NCBI GenBank assembly: GCA_012295275.1
Contig: CM022672.1
Location: forward strand, 15,562,001 to 15,626,000
Reading direction: 5' to 3'
Origin: Chrysomallon squamiferum
Taxonomy: Eukaryota; Animalia; Mollusca
Length of the DNA stretch: 64,000 bases
The notes under the pieces were generated by a model. That model saw nothing but the letters and a program-made list of their open reading frames with translations. It searched no databases and was not told the DNA's origin. Shown one piece after another: positions 13,662 through 27,017 of this stretch. The position numbers and the translations under genes were made by a program. The stretch's first letter is position 1. Each line of letters opens with the position of its first letter.

Positions 13662-16600
13662 ATGAGTGGAGAGGGAAGATTTATCTTAATTATTTTTTCT
13701 CCCACCCCAAGACCATTTCCTTTTTCTTTTTTCCCCTCCCTGCATACATATTCACTCACAAATACACCATTCTCTTACTCTGGGAAATAAAACATCTGGA
13801 CGAAAATGATGTCTATATCTACATACTTTTCATGTTTACTTTTCATTCAGTTATTTTGTTTAGTCATTATCTTCAAGATTGTCTGTACATGAACCTTCAC
13901 AGGATTTGTTAGACTGACAAAACCAGTAGAACTTGAACTAACAAACTAGAACATGTTCAGTACCATTTCAACCTCTTTGGTGTTTTTCATCAGCTTTTTG
14001 TCACGTACAGTTTTCCTTAACATTTCTCTGCCGTTTATTTAATCTGTAATAACATAACTATAAAGTATGAGATTTATTTATTTATTTTTTTAAGAGATAT
14101 AAATACTGTAGTGAACAATTGTTTTTAAAATTCATTTGTCTACTACTACTATTAATTAAGCTTGAATAATACGATTAATTAGCTTTTGTGTATACTAGCA
14201 GCTGGTAGCTATGAACAATATGTTGAGACAAAAAAGCTTATGCACCGTATAAAAGTTTTTAGTTCATTTTTTTTTTCTAGGTACATTTTATACATTCATG
14301 CAGTTTGTAAAAGATTAAAAAAAAAAAAAAAAAAAAAGCTGTCTTTCCCACACTGATTTGAAAATGCAAGGTCATGGTTAGTTTTGTGAGAGTTCTGTAC
14401 ATTTTACTATGATTCATTTCTGCACACTCGTAACACGTTGCTCGCTTTTGTACTCGCTGACATAAAGTCATTTTATTTACGGAACATTTTCTGTGTAAAC
14501 CTCTTTTTTCTTTACTTTTGTTTGTTGATAGGTTAACATACTTACAGTAAGTTTGTACCGCCTGCGTTAGATGTATGTTCGTTCGTATAAACAAAGAAAC
14601 AGACAACGTGTTGTAGTTATATACATTCATACATAACTAACATATGTATCAAGGTGTGTGTGTGTGTGTGTACGTACATATGCAAACATATATTCACAGG
14701 ATATCTGCCTATACGTACATATATATATATATATATATATACAGACATACACACACATATGTACATGCATACATCATAATAGTAATAAAAAGATAGATAA
14801 TAAATAAAAACACACTGAGATGTGTCAGAGCCCGAGGCTGGTTGGTTGACAGTTATGAACAGATTAAATGTACATGAAAACCATGGTTTAGGATGCATAT
14901 AAATTTATAGTTTTAAATCGACCTTTTTCTTTTTCTTCTTCGTATTAATCTTATTTTATTATTATTGTTATTATTCATTAAGGAAAATACAGCAGATAGC
15001 AATAGCAATATATATATATATATATATTCTTGAAACAGTGAAATAAAAAAACCTGATTATTCATATACACACATCTATATGCATGCATACATAACAAAAA
15101 CACATGCACAAACACACTCATATCAAATTATAAACTTATTCAGAAAGGAAAATGTTCTGCATCCATACGGAAACGACGGATGCTAACACGGTGCCGTCTA
15201 CAGTATGTTTAAAAACTAAATATATTCCTACTTATTTTTTAATGCACAGGGAAGATTTCTGTGTTTTAAATTACTAGCAAAAGAAAAAAACACTATAAGT
15301 ATGTCCAGAAAAAACCCAAAACACACATTCATCTGCATTAGAGTGTTGATACAACTGTTGGTCGTCTACATTTGACCATTGTTCAGTTAAATCAACATGG
15401 CCACTAATGGTCTCAGAACCACAAATGGTTTTAATTTATTTTAAGGCAACTTAAAAAAAACAAATAATAATAATAAACTGATAAAGAAAAAATATTTACC
15501 CGGATTTGCAGAATTATCATTTTAGCTTTATAGTTACAAAATAAATAAATAAATAAAAATAATAATAAATAAATAAATAAATAAAATAAAATAAATTTTA
15601 AATTAGTTTTCACTGGAACTGTTAAAAGACATGCATCACAAATATTCAGATATTTCTTATCCGAAATCATTTGTGGGAGGGTACAAATGAATCAGTACAT
15701 AATTATACAAACAATGCTTTACCTTAAAAAAGTATATTATCGAAGCTTTTTACGGATTTGGGTTAATGCATTGTCTACCGGTACCTTTTTGTATTTATTT
15801 ATAATTTATTTTATATTTTACATATTGTGTTCTTTTACCGTCATTTTTTTTTATATGTATCTTTTTTTAAAATTTTATTAATCATCTTCATTATTATTGT
15901 TGCTGTTATTATTGTTGTTGTTGTTATAATTATAATTATAATTATAATTATTGTTATTGTTATTGTTATTGTTATTGTTATTATTGTTATTATAATAATG
16001 ATTATTATTACTGTAAAGTGCCTAACATGTTTTGGCGCTTGTTTGTTGACAGTTAGAACTCTTAAACCGGACCAAATCTGGTTCAGAGTAAAGGTGACTG
16101 ACTCATTTTTGCGATAATTTTCACCAATTAGGCTAGCCCTAACATAAATTATACATGCTATTCCTGCCAACTGATCGTAATCTCCAGCCTTCTACACATC
16201 TGACATTTTGATTCATAGAAACGTTTGATATATAATCTTTAACTGCTGATAAGGACAGAGATATTCACGGAATACGGTGGTGTGTTTACGTCAAATCTTT
16301 CTGATCGTGCAGAATGATTTAAAAGAGTGGACTTGCTTCCTTAATAACGAGCTGACCATTGTTGATCTCAACAACGCTACGACAGAATGGACTCTAAAAA
16401 ATTTGCAAAACACGTAAACAACGATAATGAAAAGACGCTGACGTTTTTGTTATTAGATCGACGTTCCAACGTCTTAATGGACCATTCTTGTGACAGGGTT
16501 GAATAAGTCCATTATTGTGGATGTTGCTTGTCATATAACGATAATACCTACCTGCGCCACCCACCATTTGTTTATGGAAATATCCATATACTTCAAGTCC

Positions 16601-18176
16601 CTTCGAGTGACATCTTAATATATTAAACAGAAACAACAGTTAAGATATTTTATTAATTAAGCCAAAACATTACGAAGTCGTTCCTTGTAATTATTACACA
16701 CTGTGTATTTTCAGTTTCTAATGTTTAGATTAAGCATTAATTTCCAAGACTGGAAATTTGAAAATATATAGCTTGAATCAACGTTTAACACAGTTTTCTG
16801 TAATAATTAATACAAATGACATATATTACATGTTTTCCTTTAATAATTAATACAAATTATTACATGGATTATTTTTTTTTTGGTGTGTTTTTCTTCTTTA
16901 CTCTGCACGCACCATTACTCTATAATTGTAATAATTTTATCACCAGCTGTGTTCATAAATGACCTTCTGCCTGTTAAATATCACTCAGTATTTAATCTTC
17001 CGTGAATTTTCCTCCAGGACATCGGAGAATATAGCAGATCTTATATTACAACAAGCTGATAAAAACAAGATCTGAGGCGACGTGAGGCGAGCACAAAATC
17101 ATTTCATCATGGGTCTTGTGTCACCACGGGTGTCGGATTCAGTCTTCTACATGACTTTTGTGTACCTAATCACACTTATTGTATTGCCTTTCAGTTCAGA
17201 TCAGCCGATACGTGTTTATGGCTAGAAGCTATTCCTTTTCGCGAAGATTTCACAGGATATAGCTCAGACGTGTATAGTCGATGTTAATACATGCATTCGT
17301 GTTTAGTAAGAAAAAATCTAAAAGAAAAAAAACAAAAAAGTGAGAAAAAAAGAAAAAAAGAAAAGGAAGACAAGAAGAAGAAAAAAGAAAGAAGCTGTTT
17401 ATAAAAAGCCTCTGTGTTGATAACGTTGACGCCATGATTACCAAGTTGAATATCTAATGTCAGGGGTGTGCTTTTATTCACACCCGCATGCACATAATTA
17501 TATACATATATAAATTGAATAAGCACGTTTTTTTTTTTTTTTTTTTATTTTTTTTTTTTTTTTACCATAGTAGAGATAATGCTTTAAAGTAATCTTAATT
17601 AAGAATATTATTTCAGTAAAATTATATAAAATTAAAAGGGTATGAAGTAAATATAAACATGTGAAGTAATTAAAGCGATATTATTTATCATATGCTCTCA
17701 TATCTGAACAAGAATCAATAGCATGTGTGTTTCAGGTGTGCAAACAAAAGTACACAAGACAAATGCTCACAACAAAATAATATTAGTGGAGTTCAAACGC
17801 TTTAAGCAGTTCTCAGTAGTTAAAAAAGGTTAAAAAAAGAAGAAGAAGACAAAAAAGGAGGAGAAAAACTCTGTCATCATGGATGTATGTATGTAAAGAA
17901 GAGAATCCACAAACATTGGATGCAAAGAAACCTTACAACTGATGATTCCTATGACAATGAAAAATCATATGCCAGTCACACCTGAGCTATAGGAATATAC
18001 AAGATTACTAAACATACATATGTTGTATAACTGTATGTCGGATTTATGATATAGAATATTACCAAAATGCTCCAAATATACAGTTATGGTTTTAATGTAT
18101 GATTTTAATGCTAAGATCAGTTGCAGGAAAAGCAATACATTAGACAATAAGAGTGATTATTAAGTTTTTATATAAA

Positions 18177-18178
<2 letters not shown>

Positions 18179-18254
<76 letters not shown>
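18179..18254. repeat. Compound (TC)n(AC)n microsatellite
   Basis: Direct reading. Confidence 0.95.
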
Positions 18255-20052
18255 GAACACAACCCCCCCAAAAAACCCACACACAGACACAGAATACAGA
18301 TTACATGATTATGTTTTCTAAGTAATCTTTACAAAGCTTGTTTAAAAGGGTGATAGAGAGAAACTGTTATTGACAAGAACTATGTAACTGTCAAAAAGAA
18401 TAGGAAAAACCGAACTTGCTAAAATGAATATTCGTTTGTAAAAAGCAAATAAAACAACGATGAAATAACAGTATTTTTATAATTTGGTATCTACTACAAC
18501 TGTATCATAAATTATCAACATCCCTGTTGTTCAGTGATGTCTGCTCTACCATGGAGTTAAAATACATCTTCGGCCATACTGGATAATAATTTATCTTCAT
18601 CTTGATAATTCAGTGTTTTTTATGGCCAAAATGCTGACGGTAGCAAACTACTGCATGACTGATTTTACTATATGAAAACACAGATTTAAAGGTCGCGAGA
18701 GATGCTGGCTATCATTCATTCAGTCAAACATTTTGATACGAGGCTATATACACCGAATGTTTACGCAGATATTTCCTTTACATAACTCGTAATGAGGTTT
18801 TTTTTTGTTCACGACAATGTTAGAGTTGATGTGCTAGTATCAGAAATTACATATAGATCTTAATCTTTCATATAGAGACATATTCAAATAACTGCCAGCC
18901 TGGGAACTGAAGTCTTAACCCCTACGTTACCCTGGCTCACATTTTATAAGAGCTCTTTTTTTTTTTTTTTTTTTTTTTTTTCCCATAAAGATATTTGTAA
19001 AAAAGAAACAGTTATGTTTAGGGACTTGCTAAAAAATAATTATGATAATTTTAGATTTCATGATTTTTGTATTTAATCTTTAATACAAAAATTGTACTAT
19101 GTTTCTTTAACGAAACATTTTATTTCTACTTGATTAACACGAAGTCATCATCAGCCACTTCCTTTAGACAAGAGATACATAATCTGAATTTTAATCTTAT
19201 GTTTATGTTTCAGTGCATGGTTAAGTAAATGTACTCATATGCAACACTAACACACAGACAAGCAACTAGAATTCACCCGATCTTTTTATGCTTAATTTAA
19301 TATCGCCTTTGATATATCCATAATTTAAAAATTATTTCTACGTGGGGATTTTTGTGGTTTTTGTTGTTGTTGTATTTTTACTTCTTCTCTTCTTTTGTTT
19401 TGTTTTGGAGGAGGGGTTCCAGTAGAATCTTTTTAATCATATATAAATGATACCCTATATGAATGTAAATTTTAATTCTGGTTAAAGAAGTATCCGCTTT
19501 CCTTTCCACTTGAACTTATTCTGAATCCTTTATATCGTGTAGAACAGATCACTACAGGAAAAACCGACACTGTCAAAACACACGGAAAATGTGCTTGGGT
19601 AAATGTACATGTCATAATAAACCTGTCCAAAGGGATTTCAGCTTGACAAGGTTCATGTAACCTACTGAATATATATCTAGTAACGGTGGGAAATATATTT
19701 TTAGAATAACCAGGAATGGTGTCTTACAAGTTTAATGTAAGATATATCATTTTATGACAGATATTAACATGTTCGTTATTAGGTTAATTTTGCTTTTGTT
19801 TCTTGTTTTCTGGTTTAGTGTAATTGATAATAGTCTTTTTTCACGAACAGTATGATAATACTAAAAGTTTTGTGTGCTGTGGATAGTTTAATATATTCTA
19901 AAAGCATTCTTTAAACATTGTATGCATGCTATGGTATTTACATTTTGTGCGGTTTAAATTAAACAAACGGAAATTAACTAAATAAATGGCTTAATTTCAA
20001 AATTATGAACTACATGTCAGTAAAACTAAGACACTTTTCTTCTTTATTTCAG

Positions 20053-20130
20053 AAATGGTTTGAACATCGGCTCGCCTGCTGGCGCCAGTCTCAGGGCCTT
20101 CCAGCCAATAGTCGATCAGTTAACGACTGA
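20053..20130 (+). CDS. HOPX: HOPX-like, coding exon 2 (terminal)
   Basis: Acceptor TTTATTTCAG|AAA in phase 0; KWFEHRLACWRQSQGLPANSRSVND* matches the HOPX C-terminus KWFKQRLAKWRRSEGLPSECRSVTD*. Too short for the ORF track. Confidence 0.93.
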   Translation, partial: KWFEHRLACWRQSQGLPANSRSVND

Positions 20131-22324
20131 CGTCATCAGACATTCTGCCGTCATGTTGGAGACCTTACTGCAATACTGTGATCACTGACTTGAAATTTTA
20201 CGTCATGGGTGTCGCTTAATATTTAATGACATAAACATACTAAGGAGCTGTTTTTAATTGTTACATTTGCGAATTTTTCATTTTTCGGCATACACGTAAA
20301 AGCTTTTGTTTTGGCAGTAATTAAATGTATATCTAGATTCAGAAACAAATATTAAAATTTAATTGTAGGATTTTTTTTTCTGCATACGTCAATTTTAGGA
20401 TGCTTATACAATCTGAGTGGAAAAAAAATTATTTATTTATTTTTTATTATTATTTTTTATTTTATTGTTATTTATATCTTCCTCTCTTTCTTCTTCTTCT
20501 TTTCCCCATTTTTCCTTTTTATTTGTATAGGTCTACACTAGTAATGAGACTTCCATGCAGATCTGGTTGTGGTATAACATTATTTTATTTGATTCACTAC
20601 TGTATATAATATGGAGATACCGGGTAATCTTACAATAAACTGAATAGCTGATGATATAACCATATCACTTCCGTCTTTTTCCTTCTTTCTTTCTTTTATT
20701 TATTTATTTATTTATTTATTATTATTATTATTATTATACATTTCACTGGAACATCATTACTAACATTAGATAGTGATGCATCACTCATCTATGAATATAA
20801 ACGTGTATAAATAAACTTAACATTTACATACACAGCGAGTGAAAGACCTTCAAACAGGTTAAAATAGACATGTAAATTAAAAATGGCTGGTAGTAGTTAA
20901 ACAATTTTGTCACTTTAAGATTTAATTCTAGTATTTTGAATTTGTTTTTTTTTTCTTTTTTTGAATTTGTGTACTATTTTTTTTTTTCATAATACAGATT
21001 ATTATTATTATTATTATTATTATTTTAAAGAAAAATGATTGCACTAAAATTAAATATAAAAAACAAAAACCTAAATAAAAATAAAACAGAAAAGAAAGAA
21101 TCAAACTTCTAAACATTTTCTATCCAATGCTTTTTTTAATGTATGTCATGGTTTATCAACAGTAGCAGAAGCAGCAGCAACAATAATAAGAATTTTATCA
21201 TGAAATTCTACAACAAACTTTTCACTAGACTCGATTTAATGAAAATATAAAAGAACAGCGCATAATCAGCATGAAGATTATTCTATTGTATTTTTCTTTT
21301 TCTTTATATATATATATAGATAGATAATAAGTAAAACATTTGCTTATGTTTTCATATTATTAAAATCAGAGTTAATAAGAGTTGTGCACAAACTAATCTT
21401 TGTTAGAATATTTCACTGTGGATCACCCTTAAATCTTCAACTGACCCACAACTAAATTTCTCTTGTTCTGAGTGCATCCATAGTCACGTAAAGTATCTTA
21501 AAATATTGTTAGATAGATTCTGTCTCATTTTATTTTTATTAATATTTTTTGCGATTTGACATGTGTAATATATAAGTTAAAATATATTTGTTTCTTTATG
21601 AATATGAATAACTTTAATTATTTCTAGATTTTATTTTTCTGCTTATCAGTTACGTTTGTCTGCTTAGCTTAACTTTAATTTAGATAGATAAATTTTGTTA
21701 ACAAATAATAGGTTTTTAATGAACATTTAGAAAGTGTATGGTTTGGATTTTAAGAACTGACACTCATCAGTTCTGTTTTCTGAGATTATTCCGAATATAA
21801 TTATCAGAGGATTGTGTTGAATTTGTAAAATTGCATTGAACTTTTGCTAAACGTGTCCATCCAGCAATAGAAATAAACTTTATAAAATGACAATGATAGC
21901 TTCAAACATCCAGCAGAGAAAAAATGTAGGGATAAATTATTATGTATAATTATATAAAAATAAGAGAAGAAAACTTAGACTATGAAGCAGTAGATATATA
22001 GATAACTGTTTTGAAATATTTCTTCTTTTTTTTGGTATATATATATTTAAGTTTATTTATTTGTTTGTTTGGTTGGTTGTGAGAATGTGAAAATTCTTGT
22101 GTCTCATGGTACTTGCAGAAAGAATTTTTGTTAATGTCACCAGCTTATTAATATCAATGTTATAGAAAATTAATAATAATAATAATAATTAAAAACAATA
22201 ATAATAATATGTTAATTAATTTTAAAAATAACAAACATATTATCTCTTAAGTCAAATCATAAGTTATTCATTACTCTATTCATGTTTCTGCTTTTTATGA
22301 CATGGAAATATACATGATATAATA

Positions 22325-22367
<43 letters not shown>

Positions 22368-23989
22368 AAGGTGTGTGGACTAATATTATTATTGTTAGTG
22401 TTTTTTATGTTGAAATCGCTGACTGGTTCCATTCCTATTATTTTTTTTTTTTTTTTCTGCTTCTTTCTTTTTTTTTTATGTGTACGAACTTGTTGAAGCC
22501 ACCAGATACAGCTGATAAAGAACAACAAAACCAGTCGTGGATGTTCTAGTTTAAACGACTTCCTTCCGCCTGATTGAGAATATGTTATTTTAATAGCTAC
22601 AGCATTTCCTTACATTCTTATGTTTTTAGAACAGTTACAGATGATTGTAAATAAAGTATATTGCTTTTACTCATGGGTGAATTATAATACATTATATTCT
22701 AAATTAATTATTAATCAGACGTTCATTTACCGTTTGTTTCAAATTTCATTTTTAATTTATTGCAAGATGCTGCCATTTTTATTTATGTTGTTATTCAGTG
22801 TTGGAATAAACATGTTTTGTTTCCATTAGTTGCATTATTATTTATTTTTTTTCTCTGTTTTAGAATTTTGTTAATACACATTATAAAACACAATTTTAAC
22901 ACAGATTAGCTAACAAAATAACACTCAGCAGGCCTAACATGATCACAACATACTGAAATGCTTTAAAGGCGCAATTAATGTAATTTACAGAAATTTGTTT
23001 ACTTCATAGCATATATCTATAATTATTTACTCCACTGATTACTTAATTGCTTAAAAAAAGCCAAAAAAAACCTTTCACTTGCAAAATTAAAAATTATAAA
23101 TCAAAGTTAGAAAAATAATGTATTCTCTAATGGATCAGTCAACAAACAAAATAACAGTAGTTATTCACAAAAACTCAGATTAAGTTTGAGTTCTACATTG
23201 CGTTGCCAATGCTGAATAATTCTTGTTTCAGTCTGTCAGTTGATCTGCATAGGATAAATATATTTGGTTTTTAGCCTGTTTTGTTTTTCTTTTTATATTG
23301 TTGTTTGTTTGTTTGTTTGTTTATTTGTCTGATATCTTTTTTATTTCTTTTTTTTTTTTTCCTTCTAAGTTATACCTTTTTATAGCAAATAAATAATAAT
23401 TAAAAATAATTATTGGTGATATACAACAGCTTATCCATAATTAAATTACTAAATAATAACAATAATAAGCCTCCAATCAAGAAGAAATCATGATAAACAG
23501 TATAGCGGCCGCCATACCCTTTTACATTTGTGGGCTGACTTCATCCACGTCACTTATAAATTTTACCACAATCACAACAGGCAATAATAATAATACAACG
23601 CTTAAAATGAATCTCAAGAGAGACAGAGATAATTTTCTACGTAGCAGCAAGGAAAAATGTCACAGCCTTCAAGAGTTATCGTTCTCAATGTTTCATTATA
23701 ATTATTTTTGCAATAATATGTTAATATGCTGTGTTGTTTGTTGTTGTTATTAATAAATTGTGCTTTTATTTACTAATAAAACATCGCCAATTCTATAACT
23801 TTTGTTACAAATTTTAGCTCCCTCGATATATCATGTAGGTTCGATTCCTCGACAAACGATAATTGGAATATCATGTAATATTGGGGAAAAAAAAATAATA
23901 ATAAAAAAATAAATAAATTAAAAATTAAATAAATAAGATACAGTAAAGATAAATTAAGAAAGGAAATTCAAAGTAAAAAATCTAGAAAT

Positions 23990-24600
23990 AAATATAGTCT
24001 CCACGAATTAAATCGCGGCGCATAAATATTTCAATGAGAAGGAAAATTTTGACACGCCAATGAGCTGTGATATATTAATATGATCATTTAAAAAATTACT
24101 CAATATTAGGTAATATTTCTGCTGACATCAGTCAAATCTGTAATGACAAGTCGTAAATGAAAATGCAAAATTAACAAAATTACAATAAGTAGGAAAAAAA
24201 TATCTCAATATTAAAGCATTAAGGTCAACCAAAACTAATTGCCCCCGAGTTTGTTATCAGGGTAGACAACTCTAAAGGGGATTTCTAAAGGCGTACGATG
24301 ATTTTCTTTGTCCGGTAAAAGTGAATTTTTGGTGAGAACTGGAAATAAATTTGAATTGATATCATTGTCTCATTTTGGGGTCAACCACTGCTGTCTGTAT
24401 ATCAGGTAGGCTGCGATTAATTTCAAAGAATTTACGTAGAAAATGCAATTTGGAAGCAGAATGTTGCGTCCTAAAAAGAACGCCATTTATAAATAGACTT
24501 GCACCAAGTCAAATGTGAATATCTGAAACAAGAAAACGCACCAACATTGGCCACGAAAATATTAAATAGCAAACAGAAAAACCGAACCCATACAGAAAGT
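23990..24600 (+). promoter_or_regulatory. Candidate promoter and non-coding first exon(s) of the multi-isoform TF gene
   Basis: Last CpG-containing stretch before the CpG-poor gene body. Candidate donors CAG|GTAGGC (24405/24406) and AAA|GTAAGA (24598/24599). The acceptor TTTCAG at 25546, 23 nt before the ATG, implies an upstream UTR exon. Confidence 0.35.
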
Positions 24601-25569
24601 AAGATATATATATATATATATATATAATATAAAGTATAATATTTTACATTTTATAAATATTATATTAATTTAAAAGAAAGAATCACTTTTTGTTAAATAA
24701 TTTAATCTCATAACTAGATTAATTTACTATTTAGACAAAAGTGAATCCATTTTCACGATTTGGTGTATATTTATAACTTGTTTGACCTGTATTAACTTAA
24801 ACAATTTATAAAGACAAATGTTTAAATATAAAAACTATAAGTGGCTAAATACTATTTTTATTTATGTTTCTCATTTTAAAGATACTTACAATGTAAAGTG
24901 ATGTTTACTTGCACATATGTATGTTCACCTAGCCAATAATTATGGTAATTTCTAATTTTAGTATTGTTTTTGTTATAAAAAAATATATATCAATATTTTT
25001 CGCTATTTTTTATTTCTGTTGTTTATTGTAAAATGGATTTTTCACTATTTTTTATTTCTGTTGTTTATTGTAAAATGGATTTTTTTAAAGGATACTAGCT
25101 GTTAATTATTTAAACTTAAAAAGTTAAAGTGAGTTATTTTCAACCATTTTTAAAACAGAAATCATTTTATAACTTAATAATTACAGATAGTTTCAAGTGA
25201 ATATTTTAGATATACCAGTTTACAGTTATTGTCTTTGATTGTTTCTGTTTATTGATCTGTGTAAAATATCCATGGTTAATATTAATATTTGAAGATACTG
25301 TCACATAATTGTGATAAACAGTGTGTTGGGCAGTTAATTCCAGCTCTTGTATTAAGTTTAATTAAATGAGGACATTGTTATATGAGCTAATTCTATAAGA
25401 ATGGAATTCTGTTTGCTTTAAACTAAAAATGAACATAATAAAAAACACCATGAAAATGATATTAATATGAATGTGGAATGAATTTATAAATGTTTCATGT
25501 AATTGGCATAATTATTATTTTTTAAATTTATTTATTTAATTTTCAGAACATTTTCCTGAAATAAACAAA

Positions 25570-26134
25570 ATGGAGAAACAGTACTCTGTTAAATTTTTTA
25601 CTTCATTTTTGGAAGCCTTACAGAAAGTGTGTCGTGATTTTGTTGACTTTGAAGACAGTATTGAACTCAGTGGCTACCTATCCTTAGAGATAGACAATGT
25701 GAAAAAAGAACGATATGTACTTAGTGAGATGCTAAACAGCTCAGGAAATGTCATCAGTGAAAGTTACTGCACTAAAGCCTTCAAAACAGTCAGAAAATAT
25801 CAACAACAGTCAAGTGGAAGAGAAAACATAATGCCAAGATCACAGACAGTTATGAACAGATCACAAAGAGACTCACATCATTCATATATTACAGACTCCC
25901 ATCATCAGAATTCATCTAGTTCATATGTTAATTATAAAGATCATTCATCAGATTCTAGAGTTCCAAAACAATGGGGACATGATGTGTATGGATCAAATTC
26001 ACGGATTTCTCCTCTGCGTGGCTCAGGACACCAGTTTGGAGACAGTGGTACTGGAACTCATGAACTAAAAACCTCAACTCCCAAAAGAAGTTTATCAGCC
26101 ATTGTAATAGATGATGCACCTTCAAATAAAAGAG
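25570..26134 (+). CDS. Multi-isoform transcription factor, constant exon A (~75-aa ordered N-terminal domain + Ser/His-rich linker)
   Basis: 190-aa ORF; acceptor at 25546/25547; AAAATGG start context; phase-1 donor AGAG|GTAAAT at 26134/26135. Confidence 0.88.
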
Positions 26135-26580
26135 GTAAATAGTTATTGTTTTTAATTAAACCATCAAGCCTTTATTCAAATTACAAAAATACATTATTGT
26201 TATTATTACTGTTATTATTATAGAATGATGATACGGCTTAACTGAAAGGAAATTGTCTGTCACCATATGAGTTACCTGCATAGTGCAAGGGATCTTCTTA
26301 AATATCAAGGCACTGATATATTATTTTCTATAATCCTTAACCTTCAACTGTAAAATTTAATAGTTTTTATAAAACTAAGATGTAATCTACCCAGAATCGC
26401 TGTAAGTAATCTAATAATTTATCTGTAAATATTATTTGTTAAAGTTCTGGTAACACTTATTTTTTTTCTCTCTTTTTTTTTTGTTTATAGGTGACCCATT
26501 TTACAATTATTTTTAATTTGAGAATGTAACTTGTTTTCCTGTGGATGATTTTTATATCATAACTTATCATTAACTTGCAG

Positions 26581-27017
26581 GAAGAAGTGACTCTGTTCCT
26601 GATGACAAATCACTATCAGAAATGACTTCTCAACAAGGTATGTGTAAACTGGATGCAGATTCCATGCAGACTTCCTTTTCTGATACCTCACATTCTCAAA
26701 CCACGCCTCAGATGCCAGCAGCAAGCTCCTCAGCACAGTCATCTCAAGCTAATAATAACAGTAATAATAATAACCACAACATTTCATCTCAAGCATCATC
26801 TTCACATCAAAATTCAGAAAGTATACGCTTACCACTACAAATGACAATAAAAGATGAACCAGACATTCCATGTGTTGACATTGATTTGTCAGAGTTAGAT
26901 AGTGCAGATTCTATGGGTGGAAGTGACAGTGGTTCAGGTTATCCTTCAGCAGAAGGAACATCTTCAGGAGCTTACAGAATGGCAGCAAATAACCAAGGAA
27001 CATCTGAAACTTATCAG
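26581..27017 (+). CDS. Multi-isoform transcription factor, constant exon B (S/Q/N-rich linker, IKDEP motif)
   Basis: Acceptor TTGCAG at 26580 continues exon A in phase 1 (G|GA-RSDSVPDDKSLSEMTSQQ...) with no stop; ends at phase-0 donor CAG|GTAAAT 27017/27018. A+B = 1002 nt = 334 aa. Confidence 0.88.

Noticed and set aside
26461-26516. Alternative acceptor TTTGTTTATAG at 26490
   Set aside because: Leads to TAA after 8 codons in the exon A frame; the 26580 acceptor gives the continuous frame.
26637-26643. Strong-looking internal donor CAAG|GTATGT in constant exon B
   Set aside because: It is phase 1, incompatible with the phase-0 variable exons, and the frame stays open through it; minor use cannot be excluded.
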